Source: Bacteroidales bacterium (GTDB taxonomy: Bacteria > Bacteroidota > Bacteroidia > Bacteroidales > JACABE01). Taken from it: a DNA stretch of 48,055 nucleotides. Made by a program: the position numbers and the translations under genes. The stretch is taken from positions 50,363 to 98,417 of the forward strand of contig JAHEYQ010000007.1 in assembly GCA_023251515.1 (NCBI GenBank), in the 5' to 3' direction. Every line of letters begins with the position of its first letter. Within the stretch, counting starts at the first letter, position 1. This document shows, in pieces, positions 1 through 9,307 of this stretch. The notes beneath the pieces were generated by a model. That model had not been told where the DNA came from and searched no databases. It worked only from the letters and a program-made list of their open reading frames with translations.

Positions 1-1567
1 TTTCAGGATTGCCAACAAAGTTCTGAACTTTCAAATCAGTTTGTTTCAATACCTTTTCGGTAACATAATAACTAAATTGAGAAGCTAACAATTCACCTAA
101 CAGATAATTATGATAATAACATGGAAAAGTAGCAATGTGAATCTTTGTAGCCCAATCAGGTGCATTTCTGTCTGTTGGCTTTTTCATTAGCTGATATTTT
201 TCTACCAAATCCCACCAAAGTTTATTTAGATCCTGATCCGGATTTGCATACATACTTTTCTCAAAACGATACATTACCTGAGCCCAACGGCTGAAAACCA
301 ATTGCTCTAAGCGCAAAGTCTTAAAACAATCTTCAGCGATTTTCTGTTTTTCAGCATCAGAAATTCCTACCATTGTTTTTAACCATTCAGGATTGCTTGA
401 TAATCGACCAAAAAACATTGCAATTGCTTCGGTAGTAAATGTATGCGAAGGTTCTCTTAAGCAAAAAGGTAAACTTCTGTCCATAAATTTATCATAAACT
501 GCATGGCCATATTCATGCAGCATAGTTCCCATCCATTGCTGATTTGGTTTAATATTACACAAAACCCTTACATCACCTTCATTATCAATATCGGTGCAAA
601 ATGCATGTTGATTCTTTCCGGGTTGTTCATATAAATTACTGTTTTTCAACAAATCATCAATTGGCATTCCGATACCTGAAAAATAATCATTTGTTAGTTT
701 TTCTATATTTTGTTTTGCGTAATATTTGTCTAAATCAACTTCATATAATTTGGGAGCTTCCTGAAAAAATCGGTTTTGATGATGCCAGGGCATTAATTCT
801 GCTTTTGAAATTTTATATTTTTTTGCAAAAACTTCATCCATTTCACCTTTCAAAGTTGCAAAAGCGTCTTTGGTTAAGCTATCCAACTCATTGAAAATCT
901 TTTCAATTTCATTAGGATCCTGTTCGCTCAATTGCAAACTCATGGTATGATAATTTTCAAAACCAAGCTCTTTTGCAATTTCATTTCGCATTTTTACAAT
1001 TTTTATAATATCCTGATTTACTAGCGAACCTATTGATTTTTGAGCAAGCCAGGTTTCTTTTAATTCATTAGAATTGGCTGAGGTTTTTAATATTTCTTCC
1101 ACATCATTGTCTGACAGTTTTTTACCTTTAACTTCTGTTCTGAAATTAGAAAATTTCTTCTCAATCTGAGTTTGAAGTTTGATAACCGCATTCAACTTTG
1201 ATGTATCAACCTGAGCACTTAAATATGCATTATAAAGCACTATCAATTCACGCTTCAGCGTTTCATCATTAATGCCATCGGATTCTTTAATTTGCTTTAA
1301 AACAGCGAATGCAGACGGATCTGCGTAAATACCAGTCATTTTCACCATTAAAACTTCGGCTTTGGCATAATCTTCATCTTTACCAGAAATTGCAGCATCC
1401 CAGTAAGCTAAGTTTGCTTCTTTGCTTAATGCAACTGTAAGTGAATCATGCTTTTTAATAAAATCACTTAATTTTTGTTCCATATTTTCTTTCGATTTAT
1501 TTTTACAACTTAATACAGTAATCAGAATTACTATACTTAAAAATGATAATTGTTTGATTTTGTTCAT
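1..1567 (-). CDS. Peptidase family M2 (angiotensin-converting-enzyme-like peptidyl-dipeptidase), N-terminal ~522 aa; 3' end runs off the window
   Basis: Minus-strand ORF starts ATG at 1567 (MNKIKQLSFLSIVILITVLSC... signal/lipobox-like), open to position 1. HEYGHAVYD zinc motif from RC of 503-517, in frame. Downstream LPFCLREPSHTFTTEAIAMFFG parallels ACE HEMGH...LPVALREGANPGFHEAIGD with the third zinc ligand Glu at the same spacing. Confidence 0.8.
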   Translation of the reverse strand, partial: MNKIKQLSFLSIVILITVLSCKNKSKENMEQKLSDFIKKHDSLTVALSKEANLAYWDAAISGKDEDYAKAEVLMVKMTGIYADPSAFAVLKQIKESDGINDETLKRELIVLYNAYLSAQVDTSKLNAVIKLQTQIEKKFSNFRTEVKGKKLSDNDVEEILKTSANSNELKETWLAQKSIGSLVNQDIIKIVKMRNEIAKELGFENYHTMSLQLSEQDPNEIEKIFNELDSLTKDAFATLKGEMDEVFAKKYKISKAELMPWHHQNRFFQEAPKLYEVDLDKYYAKQNIEKLTNDYFSGIGMPIDDLLKNSNLYEQPGKNQHAFCTDIDNEGDVRVLCNIKPNQQWMGTMLHEYGHAVYDKFMDRSLPFCLREPSHTFTTEAIAMFFGRLSSNPEWLKTMVGISDAEKQKIAEDCFKTLRLEQLVFSRWAQVMYRFEKSMYANPDQDLNKLWWDLVEKYQLMKKPTDRNAPDWATKIHIATFPCYYHNYLLGELLASQFSYYVTEKVLKQTDLKVQNFVGNPE

Positions 1568-1596
1568 AATATGTAACTGTTTGTTATTAATACTTA

Positions 1597-2106
1597 TTAT
1601 TTCTTTTTGTAAAATATATATTGTCCGATTATGATAAAAAGCAAAGTAAAAATACTGCTGAAAATAACTCTCCAGAAAGTATAAAAGAATTCATGAAAAG
1701 TAAATACTTCAAGATAAAAATATACGGTATGATGTATTAATACAAGAATAAGAGAATAATTGAAAAACCAATTAAAACCCAGATCTTTAATGCCAGGACT
1801 TAATCCCAATTCATAATCTCTGGTAGAAGAAATCATTCGTAAGACAGATGGTCTGAAGAAAGCCATAAATACTGAGGCTGCTGCATGCATTCCCATTGTA
1901 TCAGTATATAAATCAACAAAAAAACCAATAGAGAATGATGAAATTAATAATAACCATGGTGGTGTTTCGAAAGGAAGTAATAATATAAACATTACATAAA
2001 CATAGGGATTTATATATCCTCTGAAATGTATATTGTTGAATACCAAAACCTGAAGCAGCACCAAAACTACAAAACGTAGAATGTTTTTAATATATATATT
2101 ATTCAT
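1597..2106 (-). CDS. mreD: Rod shape-determining protein MreD (polytopic membrane protein)
   Basis: 169 aa, very hydrophobic with multiple TM segments. Immediately downstream of mreC with an 8-nt start/stop overlap. Canonical mreBCD order. Confidence 0.75.
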   Translation of the reverse strand: MNNIYIKNILRFVVLVLLQVLVFNNIHFRGYINPYVYVMFILLLPFETPPWLLLISSFSIGFFVDLYTDTMGMHAAASVFMAFFRPSVLRMISSTRDYELGLSPGIKDLGFNWFFNYSLILVLIHHTVYFYLEVFTFHEFFYTFWRVIFSSIFTLLFIIIGQYIFYKKK

Positions 2107-2926
2107 GCTGAGATTCTTTAAGTTTTAATTGTTCGTCTTTAAATAAATTTTTAATCACATAAACGTAATCCAATTTATTAAAATCAGTAGAATAATTTAT
2201 TTTAATTTTAAAAAAATTGTCACCCGGATTTAGTTTATAATTAGCTATAGTTCCAATCATTATACCTTCAGGAAAATCAAGTGAAAAACCACTGGTAATT
2301 ACCGTATCTCCTGTTCTGATTTTTATATGAGAAGGGATATCTATTAATGCACCTCTTTTGTAATCTCCACCTTCCCATGCAATTGTGCCGGAAGCGTTAT
2401 TTTTTTTCAGTTTTGCACTGATTTTTATTTCTGAATGCAAAAGAGACATCACTGAACTAAAATTAGCTGATACTCCGCTTACTATACCAACAATGCCATT
2501 TGGGCTTACAACAGCCATATTGTTTCTGATTCCTTGGTTGAATCCTTTATTGAGCATCATGTAATTATTTCTTTTTCCGGTAGAATTGCTTATAATTTTG
2601 GCATCTATGTATTTATATTGAAGCTTATACGTTGTATCATTTACAAATATTTCGTTGTTTGAAAATTTTACATAAGATTGCTCAATCATAGCATGTAAAC
2701 GAGCATTTTCTTCAGCCAATATTTTATTATTTTCTTTTAGATTAAAATAATCAAATATGTTGTTATAGGTCTGATATGTTTTCCCTGTTAACTCATTTGC
2801 GGTGTTTAACACTCTTGCTCCCTGATAATTAAAATTATTTGCAATTAAAATAAATGCAATTATCTCAAGCAGCAGAAACAAGAAAAAGAAATAGTATTTT
2901 AATAAAAAAACAAAAAGTTGTCGCAT
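2099..2926 (-). CDS. mreC: Rod shape-determining protein MreC
   Basis: 275 aa with N-terminal TM/coiled-coil (LLKYYFFFLFLLLEIIAFILIANNFNYQ) followed by a beta-rich periplasmic domain. Position between mreB and mreD. Confidence 0.85.
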   Translation of the reverse strand: MRQLFVFLLKYYFFFLFLLLEIIAFILIANNFNYQGARVLNTANELTGKTYQTYNNIFDYFNLKENNKILAEENARLHAMIEQSYVKFSNNEIFVNDTTYKLQYKYIDAKIISNSTGKRNNYMMLNKGFNQGIRNNMAVVSPNGIVGIVSGVSANFSSVMSLLHSEIKISAKLKKNNASGTIAWEGGDYKRGALIDIPSHIKIRTGDTVITSGFSLDFPEGIMIGTIANYKLNPGDNFFKIKINYSTDFNKLDYVYVIKNLFKDEQLKLKESQHE

Positions 2927-2985
2927 TTATTCTATTAGCAATTTTTGAAACAATATTTGCAAAGTTAGTGTAAAAAATAAAACAT

Positions 2986-3023
2986 AAAAAAAAACACAGA
3001 GATTTCTCTGTGTTTTTTTTTAT
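2986..3023. terminator. Hairpin flanked by A9 and T9 runs between mreB and mreC (bidirectional intrinsic terminator / attenuator-like)
   Basis: ACACAGAGA-TTTC-TCTCTGTGT perfect 9-bp stem with A9 upstream and T9 downstream. Lies in the 108-bp mreB-mreC spacer. Confidence 0.5.
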
Positions 3024-3034
3024 GTTTTATTTAT

Positions 3035-4057
3035 TTACTTTATAAGGAATGTAAACTTATCAAAGTTTTTCAAAGCAATTCCGGTACCTCTGGCAACAGC
3101 TCTTAAAGGATCCTCAGCTACATGTACCTGAAGTTTGGTTTTTTGAGCAATACGTTTATCCAGACCCCTTAACATTGATCCGCCACCTGCTAAATAAATA
3201 CCTGTACGATAAATGTCTGCACATAATTCAGGTGGAGTCATTTCAAGTGCATTTAAAACAGCAGCTTCTATTTTAGAAATCGATTTATCCAAACAATGTG
3301 CTATTTCTCTGTAATTTACATAAATTTCACGTGGAGTGCCTGTAAGCATATCTCTTCCTTGTACTGCATAATCTTGTGGTGGATTGTCAAGTTCAGGAAT
3401 AGCTGCACCTACTTCAATTTTTATTCTTTCGGCAGTACGTTCACCAATTGTGATATTGTGCTGTTTACGCATATATTCCTCAATATCTTGGTTGAAATCA
3501 TCTCCGGCAATACGGATAGATTTGTTACAAACAATACCGCCTAAAGCAATAACGGCAATTTCGCTGGTGCCACCACCAATATCAATAACCATATTTCCGG
3601 TAGGTTCCAAAACGTCAATACCAATACCAATAGCAGCAGCCATTGGCTCATGAATAAGCTTAACTTCTTTTGCACCAGCCTGTTCAGCCGAATCTCTAAC
3701 GGCTCTCTCTTCAACTTCGGTGATACCGGAAGGAATACAGATTACCATTTTTAATGCGGGTGGGAAAAGTGGTTTTTTTGTACTTATCATTTTTATCATT
3801 TCCCTGATCATGTATTCTGCTGACTGAAAATCAGCAATTACACCATCTTTTAGTGGGCGAATTGTCTTAATATTTTCGTGGGTTTTGCCATGCATCAGCA
3901 TCGCTTTTTTCCCTACGGCAATAATTTTTCCGGTAACTCTATCTAATGCTACAATTGATGGTTCATCAACAACAACTTTGTCGTTATGAATAATAATTGT
4001 ATTAGCAGTACCTAGGTCAATTGCTATTTCTTTAGTTAAAAAAGAAAAAATTCCCAT
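3035..4057 (-). CDS. mreB: Rod shape-determining actin-like ATPase MreB
   Basis: 340 aa. MGIFSFLTKEIAIDLGTANTIII... with phosphate-1/adenosine motifs (DLGTANT, DIGGGTSEIAVI) typical of MreB. Confidence 0.95.
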   Translation of the reverse strand: MGIFSFLTKEIAIDLGTANTIIIHNDKVVVDEPSIVALDRVTGKIIAVGKKAMLMHGKTHENIKTIRPLKDGVIADFQSAEYMIREMIKMISTKKPLFPPALKMVICIPSGITEVEERAVRDSAEQAGAKEVKLIHEPMAAAIGIGIDVLEPTGNMVIDIGGGTSEIAVIALGGIVCNKSIRIAGDDFNQDIEEYMRKQHNITIGERTAERIKIEVGAAIPELDNPPQDYAVQGRDMLTGTPREIYVNYREIAHCLDKSISKIEAAVLNALEMTPPELCADIYRTGIYLAGGGSMLRGLDKRIAQKTKLQVHVAEDPLRAVARGTGIALKNFDKFTFLIK

Positions 4058-4131
4058 GTTCTTTTTTATTTGTAAATCTGCATTTTAAGTAACTACCTTA
4101 CGAAAAATCAGAAAATTAGTTACACTTTTTA

Positions 4132-5649
4132 TTAATGTTTAAAATGTCGTTTGCCTGTAAAAGTCATTGCTATCTGATGTTCATCACAATAACTTATTGT
4201 ATCATTGTCTCTTACAGAACCACCCGGTTGAATTACAGCTTTAATACCTTCGTTGTTTGCTATCTCTATTGAGTCTGCAAATGGGAAAAAAGCATCCGAA
4301 GCCATTACAGCTCCTTCTAAATCAAACCCAAATGATTTTGCCTTAGCAATTGCTTGTCGAAGTGCATCAACTCTGGATGTTTGCCCAACCCCACTTGCTA
4401 ATAGCTGTTTATTTTTTACAAGCACAATGGCATTCGATTTTGTATGTTTTACTATAATGTTTGCAAATAATAAATCCTTTATTTGCTCTTTAGTTGCAAT
4501 TGATTTTGTTACCATCTTTAAATCAGACTCTGATTCTTTGTAAGTGTCTCTATCTTGTGCAATTACATCATTTAAAATTGTTTTAAACTGTTTATCGTTT
4601 AATACAAAATCTTTGCGTTGCAAAATTATTCTATTTTTCTTAGATTTTAGTAATTCTAATGCATTTTTTTCAAAATCAGGTGCAATAATTATTTCAAAAA
4701 ATAAACTATTGATTTCCAGAGCAGTATCATCGTCAATTATTCTGTTTGAAATTATTATTCCGCCGAAAGCAGAAACCGGATCAGCTGCCAATGCATCTTT
4801 CCATGCATCAATCAGGTTTGGTCTTGATGCTAAACCACAGGCATTGTTATGTTTAATGATTGCTATTGTAGGTTCTTCAAAATCATTTATTAAATGAATT
4901 GCGGCATCAATATCAAGCATATTATTATATGAAATTTCTTTCCCGTTCAATTGGTTGAAATAATTTGAAATATTTCCATGATAAATAGCTTGTTGATGTG
5001 GATTTTCTCCATATCTCAATGCATTTTGTTGTTTTATACTTTGTTTAAAAACAGAAATTTGCGCAGTTTTATTAAAATAATTAAAAATTTGCGTATCGTA
5101 ATGAGATGAAACATTAAATGCCTTGGCTGCAAGAATTTTGCGGTTTTCTAATGTTGAAAAACCTTCTTGATTTTCAAGAATTTCCATCAGATCAGCATAT
5201 TCATCAGATGAAGGTATAATTACTACATCTTTAAAATTTTTCGCTGCGGCTCTAATTAATGAAATTCCTCCAATATCTATTTTTTCAATAATATCTGCTT
5301 CAATATCAGTCGATCCAACAGTCTTTTCGAAAGGATATAAATCTACAATTACCAAATCAATTTCAGGAATCTGATATTCATTCAATTGCTGAATATCGTT
5401 TTCAAAATCTCTTCTGCACAAAATACCGCCAAAAACTTTTGGATGCAGCGTTTTAACACGACCTCCCAAAATTGAAGGGTAAGAAGTGATTGATTCAACT
5501 GTAATTGCATCAACTCCCATGCTTTTGATATAATCGTATGTACCACCGGTTGAATAGATTAAAACACCTAAGTCATTTAATTTTTTTATAATCGGTGATA
5601 TACCTTCTTTTGAAAATACAGAAATTAATGCACTTTTAATTTTTTTCAT
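4132..5649 (-). CDS. purH: Bifunctional AICAR transformylase / IMP cyclohydrolase PurH
   Basis: 505 aa. N-terminal MGS-like domain (ALISVFSKEGI...GGRVKTLHPKVFGGIL) and C-terminal AICARFT domain. Full length. Confidence 0.95.
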   Translation of the reverse strand: MKKIKSALISVFSKEGISPIIKKLNDLGVLIYSTGGTYDYIKSMGVDAITVESITSYPSILGGRVKTLHPKVFGGILCRRDFENDIQQLNEYQIPEIDLVIVDLYPFEKTVGSTDIEADIIEKIDIGGISLIRAAAKNFKDVVIIPSSDEYADLMEILENQEGFSTLENRKILAAKAFNVSSHYDTQIFNYFNKTAQISVFKQSIKQQNALRYGENPHQQAIYHGNISNYFNQLNGKEISYNNMLDIDAAIHLINDFEEPTIAIIKHNNACGLASRPNLIDAWKDALAADPVSAFGGIIISNRIIDDDTALEINSLFFEIIIAPDFEKNALELLKSKKNRIILQRKDFVLNDKQFKTILNDVIAQDRDTYKESESDLKMVTKSIATKEQIKDLLFANIIVKHTKSNAIVLVKNKQLLASGVGQTSRVDALRQAIAKAKSFGFDLEGAVMASDAFFPFADSIEIANNEGIKAVIQPGGSVRDNDTISYCDEHQIAMTFTGKRHFKH

Positions 5650-5936
5650 TATTCAGAAAACTTTTGAATTTGATACTGAATTTCAGTGATTTGAAAATTT
5701 ATTTTTAATTTGCAAGTATATTAATTATTTTGCCAATAAGCAAGCTTAATAAGTTATTTTTAAGCATCTAATTTTATATATTGATTATTCGATAGTTATA
5801 TTTTGTCAATTCTAATAAAAACAGAATGAAAAAATTCCAAAACTAAATTATTTAGAAAAATTAATTATCATGAGTTTTGCAAAAATTTTTCGAACTGAAA
5901 TGAGTAAATAGAAATATAGTGCTGAATATCAGTATT

Positions 5937-6040
5937 TAAAATAAAAAAAAGAGAGGTATTTACCTCTCTTTTCCCAAAATCTATTAACTCTTTAATTTTA
6001 TGAAAGTATTTATTTATAAATACATTGCAAAGATAATATG
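5937..6040. repeat. Copy 1 of a ~95-100 bp duplicated module: intrinsic terminator hairpin (minus-strand sense) plus conserved palindrome
   Basis: AAAAAAAAGAGAGGTATTTACCTCTCTTTTCCC then palindrome AAAGTATTTAT..ATAAATAC. About 90% identical to the copy at 6297-6400. Confidence 0.7.
5941..5975 (-). terminator. Rho-independent terminator (minus-strand sense: GGGAAAAGAGAGGTAAATACCTCTCT + T8)
   Basis: 9-bp GC-containing stem, 3-nt loop, followed by a T8 run when read on the minus strand. Confidence 0.6.
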
Positions 6041-6296
6041 AAATGGATTGTTTGTCAAGCGATTTAACATATTTTAGTAATATTTTATGAAATTTCAAGA
6101 GAAAGTATTGTATTTGTAAGTTAATCAGTTATATAGAATCTAAAAAATTTAGCAAATATTTGCTATGATTAACATTTGCAAGAAAATTCTATAATATACA
6201 TTGAACAATTGATTTTAATCTTTGCGTTAAAGAATCTATTTTATTTTGGAAATCAGAAAATAATTATATATAATAAAGACAGCAATTTATAAAGTA

Positions 6297-6400
6297 GAAA
6301 ATAAAAAAAGAGAGGTAAATACCTCTCTTTTCCCAAAAATCTATTAACTCTTTAATTTTTATGAAAGTATTTAAATAAATACTTTGCAAAGTTAATATAA
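6297..6400. repeat. Copy 2 of the duplicated terminator+palindrome module
   Basis: AAAAAAAGAGAGGTAAATACCTCTCTTTTCCC and palindrome AAAGTATTTA-AA-TAAATACTTT. Compensatory base changes relative to copy 1 keep the palindrome. Confidence 0.7.
6301..6335 (-). terminator. Rho-independent terminator downstream of the AraC-family gene (minus-strand sense)
   Basis: Same stem-loop as copy 1 followed by a T7-8 run on the minus strand. First terminator after the 6490 stop. Confidence 0.6.
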
Positions 6401-6489
6401 ATATGTTCACTCACCTAAATAATTAACATAAATTTAGTAATAAAGTTTAATGTTGATATTTATAAACGTTTTAAAATACAGTAAAACAG

Positions 6490-7089
6490 TTATATAAGTA
6501 AACTAAATAGTTTAGGATAAATTTCATTTAAAGAAATTCTATTAAAATTTTCCGTTTTCTTTAATTGATTTACTGATAATCCAGTAATATTTTTAAATTG
6601 AGTTGAAAGATATTGAACGCTACTATAACCCATTTTAAATGCTATTTCACTTAAAGTTAATTCCTTATATGATATCAATTCTTTTACTTTTTCAATCCGG
6701 TGCAAAATAATAAATTGCTCCAGAGTTCTGTTTTCTTTTTTAGAAAAGATATTTGAAAGGTATTGATAAGAATATCCTAGTTTTTCAACAAGATAATCAG
6801 AGTTTCTGATTATCGAGTTCATGTTATTCGATTTGTGAATGAGTTCAATAATAGCTATTTTTATTTGTTCCACTAAAATTTCTTCGTTATTTTTTATTAC
6901 TTTAAATCCATTAATACTTAATATCTCTTCAATTTGACTTTCAGTATGTAATTCTAAATCAAATAATACGGTTACTTCACCCGGAATTATTTTTTGAATC
7001 TTAATTTGATTAAAACTGAATAAATATTTAATGGATTTGATGCAACTATCACAAAACATTGATTTTATATAAAATGTTTTAATAACCAT
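6490..7089 (-). CDS. AraC-family HTH transcriptional regulator with N-terminal heavy-metal-associated (HMA)-like domain
   Basis: C-terminal AraC HTH (LSEIAFKMGYSSVQYLSTQFKNITGLSVNQLKK). N-terminus KTFYIKSMFCDSCIKSIKYLFS...ILSINGFKV matches the HMA pattern (M-x-C-x-x-C, ...G(F/Y)). Confidence 0.75.
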   Translation of the reverse strand: MVIKTFYIKSMFCDSCIKSIKYLFSFNQIKIQKIIPGEVTVLFDLELHTESQIEEILSINGFKVIKNNEEILVEQIKIAIIELIHKSNNMNSIIRNSDYLVEKLGYSYQYLSNIFSKKENRTLEQFIILHRIEKVKELISYKELTLSEIAFKMGYSSVQYLSTQFKNITGLSVNQLKKTENFNRISLNEIYPKLFSLLI

Positions 7090-7155
7090 AACTGAAAAAT
7101 AAGAAAACAGAATCTTTTTAAATGTAAAGATTCTGTTTTACTAAATTTATTAAGA

Positions 7156-8304
7156 TTAGAATTTTGAGAATTTTCCTGAAAATTGATTATCAGAATTATA
7201 TATTCTGACTAAATAAGTTCCTTCTGGTAAACTATTAATTGAAATTTTTGAACCTGAATAAATTTCATCTAATGTTGTTATTTCTTTACCTGATAAATCA
7301 ACAATACTTAATCTATATTTCAGATTATCAGATAATATTACAGTTAAATTATCATTTGAAGGATTTGGATAAATATTAATATTCTGATTTAAACCATTTT
7401 TTAAAATTCCCGAGGAAGCAAATTTTGAATTTACAAAGGCCAGATATTTAGTATCTTGAGTAGCAGTATGCCAAAATGAGCCCCCATGAGCCTGACCTGC
7501 TGCCAATTCAAAAACTGCATTTGATGCCCCAATTACTGGCACTAATGCATTATAAAAGTTCTGACCCTGAGTATATGGAATATTCATATCTGCACTACCA
7601 GCAGAAATAAAAAATGCTGCATCATCATTTGATATATAAGTAGTTGGATTTGCTAAAGCTATTCGTTCAGGAATGGTTTGAACTGCTGCTCCCATTAATT
7701 TTGATTCAGGAGAAGTACCTGAATTTGTTGTGATTGTAAAACCCAGTGCTGTAGCTTCAGTATCCATAGTTAAAAAATTGATTGGTCCGAATAAATCAAC
7801 TACAGCATGTACACGACTAGAAACATTGGTATTGCCCAAATGTAATCCTTCCAAATTTGCAACACCAGCAGTAGTTCCTAACATTGAAACAAGATATCCA
7901 CCGGCTGATTCACCTATTACTGCTATTTTATTTGTATCAATATGATATAAAGAAGCATTTGCTTTCAAATAACGAACAGCTGCCTTACAATCGTAAACTT
8001 GAGCTGGCCAAACAGAATCAGTACTTAAGCGATAATTGATATCAGCGCAAACATATCCATTATTGTAAAATGTTGCAAATGAAGGCACTTCGCTACTCCC
8101 TTTACTACCCATCAAAAAAGCACCCCCATGTATATGAATTATTAAAGGACTTGGTGTAGTTACGCTCGTTGGAATATATAAGTCGAGCATTTGTTTTGAA
8201 TTTCCGTTTCCGGCATAATCTAAATTTGTATAAGTTGCTGTTTGTGCTTTTGAATTTAAAGCGATTAATAGAACTAAAATAAAAGGTAAAATTACTTTTT
8301 TCAT
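7156..8304 (-). CDS. Secreted alpha/beta-hydrolase (esterase/lipase fold) with T9SS C-terminal sorting domain
   Basis: Signal peptide MKKVILPFILVLLIALNSKAQ. HGGAF oxyanion-hole motif and GESAGG nucleophile elbow. C-terminal YPNPSNDNLTV...GTYLVRIYNSDNQ is a Por/T9SS CTD. Confidence 0.75.
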   Translation of the reverse strand: MKKVILPFILVLLIALNSKAQTATYTNLDYAGNGNSKQMLDLYIPTSVTTPSPLIIHIHGGAFLMGSKGSSEVPSFATFYNNGYVCADINYRLSTDSVWPAQVYDCKAAVRYLKANASLYHIDTNKIAVIGESAGGYLVSMLGTTAGVANLEGLHLGNTNVSSRVHAVVDLFGPINFLTMDTEATALGFTITTNSGTSPESKLMGAAVQTIPERIALANPTTYISNDDAAFFISAGSADMNIPYTQGQNFYNALVPVIGASNAVFELAAGQAHGGSFWHTATQDTKYLAFVNSKFASSGILKNGLNQNINIYPNPSNDNLTVILSDNLKYRLSIVDLSGKEITTLDEIYSGSKISINSLPEGTYLVRIYNSDNQFSGKFSKF

Positions 8305-8350
8305 TTTTTTTTGATTTTTAAATTATTGTATGTTATTTTTATAAAAAAGA

Positions 8351-8389
8351 TCATTAAAAAATAGCAGGTGTTTTTAATAACACCTGCTA
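8351..8389 (-). terminator. Rho-independent terminator after the lipoprotein gene
   Basis: TAGCAGGTGTT-TTTAAT-AACACCTGCTA 11-bp stem, followed by T6 on the minus strand. Confidence 0.6.
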
Positions 8390-8401
8390 TTATAATATTT
8401 A

Positions 8402-9142
8402 TTATTTTTCGCAAACGATAGTTGCGTCAGCTTTTATGGTAATTTGTTTTCTGTTAGATGATTGATTGATAAATATATTATATTCAATACTACTATCAGC
8501 TAAAGTAAACTTTTCTGCCTTTGGTTTTATAGTAAATCCTGTATATGTATTTGTAATTGCATCAATTACAGTTTGTGGGATAGTTGTAACCGCAATTCTT
8601 TCAGCTCTCAGAACAAATACATTTGCAGTATCAAAAACCAATTTAAAAGGACTGCTTCCAGAAATTCCTATCATTACTTCGGTAACATTTCCAAACTGAC
8701 ACATGGTATCAATTTCAGCATGTAATGAAGAATAGCCTGAATAATTTGTTGAAATATAGTTCAGTATATCAGTAGATAAAGAATCAACAGAAATATCATT
8801 TGCATGATTTCCATGACCGTGATGTCCTCCTCCATGTCCATGATGTCCACCATGACCATGATTTCCGGTTAGAATTGCTGATGAATTTCCCAAATAACTT
8901 CCACTTTTGCTAAATGCAAGTTCTTCACTGGTGTTAAGTGTTAACAGATAATTGGTTTCATCAGAAGTAATAAGAGAAGCTTCTGAAATTGAAGCATCTG
9001 GATAATAGTTGTCAACATATTGAGTAATAGCGGCTGGTAAGCTCGCAATATCAATGCTTTGTTCATTGTAGCTGTTTTCGTCTTTGCTGCATGAACTTAA
9101 AATTGCTGTGCAGATTATTACTGCAAAAATGATCTTTTTCAT
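8402..9142 (-). CDS. Lipoprotein with His/Gly-rich putative metal-binding segment
   Basis: Start placed at the internal Met (MKKIIFAVIICTAILSSCSKD, lipobox LSSC) rather than the upstream ATG of the ORF track. Contains GNHGHGGHHGHGGGHHGHGNH. Confidence 0.5.
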   Translation of the reverse strand: MKKIIFAVIICTAILSSCSKDENSYNEQSIDIASLPAAITQYVDNYYPDASISEASLITSDETNYLLTLNTSEELAFSKSGSYLGNSSAILTGNHGHGGHHGHGGGHHGHGNHANDISVDSLSTDILNYISTNYSGYSSLHAEIDTMCQFGNVTEVMIGISGSSPFKLVFDTANVFVLRAERIAVTTIPQTVIDAITNTYTGFTIKPKAEKFTLADSSIEYNIFINQSSNRKQITIKADATIVCEK

Positions 9143-9307
9143 ACTTGAAATTTTTAAAATTTGTGAATAATTATGACACAAACTTACAATCAAATACAAA
9201 GAATCACTTCTGATTTTTGTGTGAAACGTAAAAAATGAAACTTGAAATGTTGAAAACTGCGAATGAAGTTTTTTTTGATTTGTAAAAAGATGATCAGAAT
9301 ATTGAAA

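Noticed and set aside
601-894. 97-aa plus-strand ORF
   Set aside because: It lies antisense inside the well-supported M2 peptidase reading frame.
5868-6098. 76-aa minus-strand ORF in the purH upstream spacer
   Set aside because: It spans the duplicated terminator/palindrome module, is AT-rich and low-complexity, and has no plausible RBS or start context.
8402-9199. Upstream ATG start (MYLIVSLCHNYSQ...) for the lipoprotein
   Set aside because: The internal Met at 9142 gives a canonical signal peptide and lipobox (MKKIIFAVIICTAILSSC). The 19 upstream codons are probably 5' UTR.
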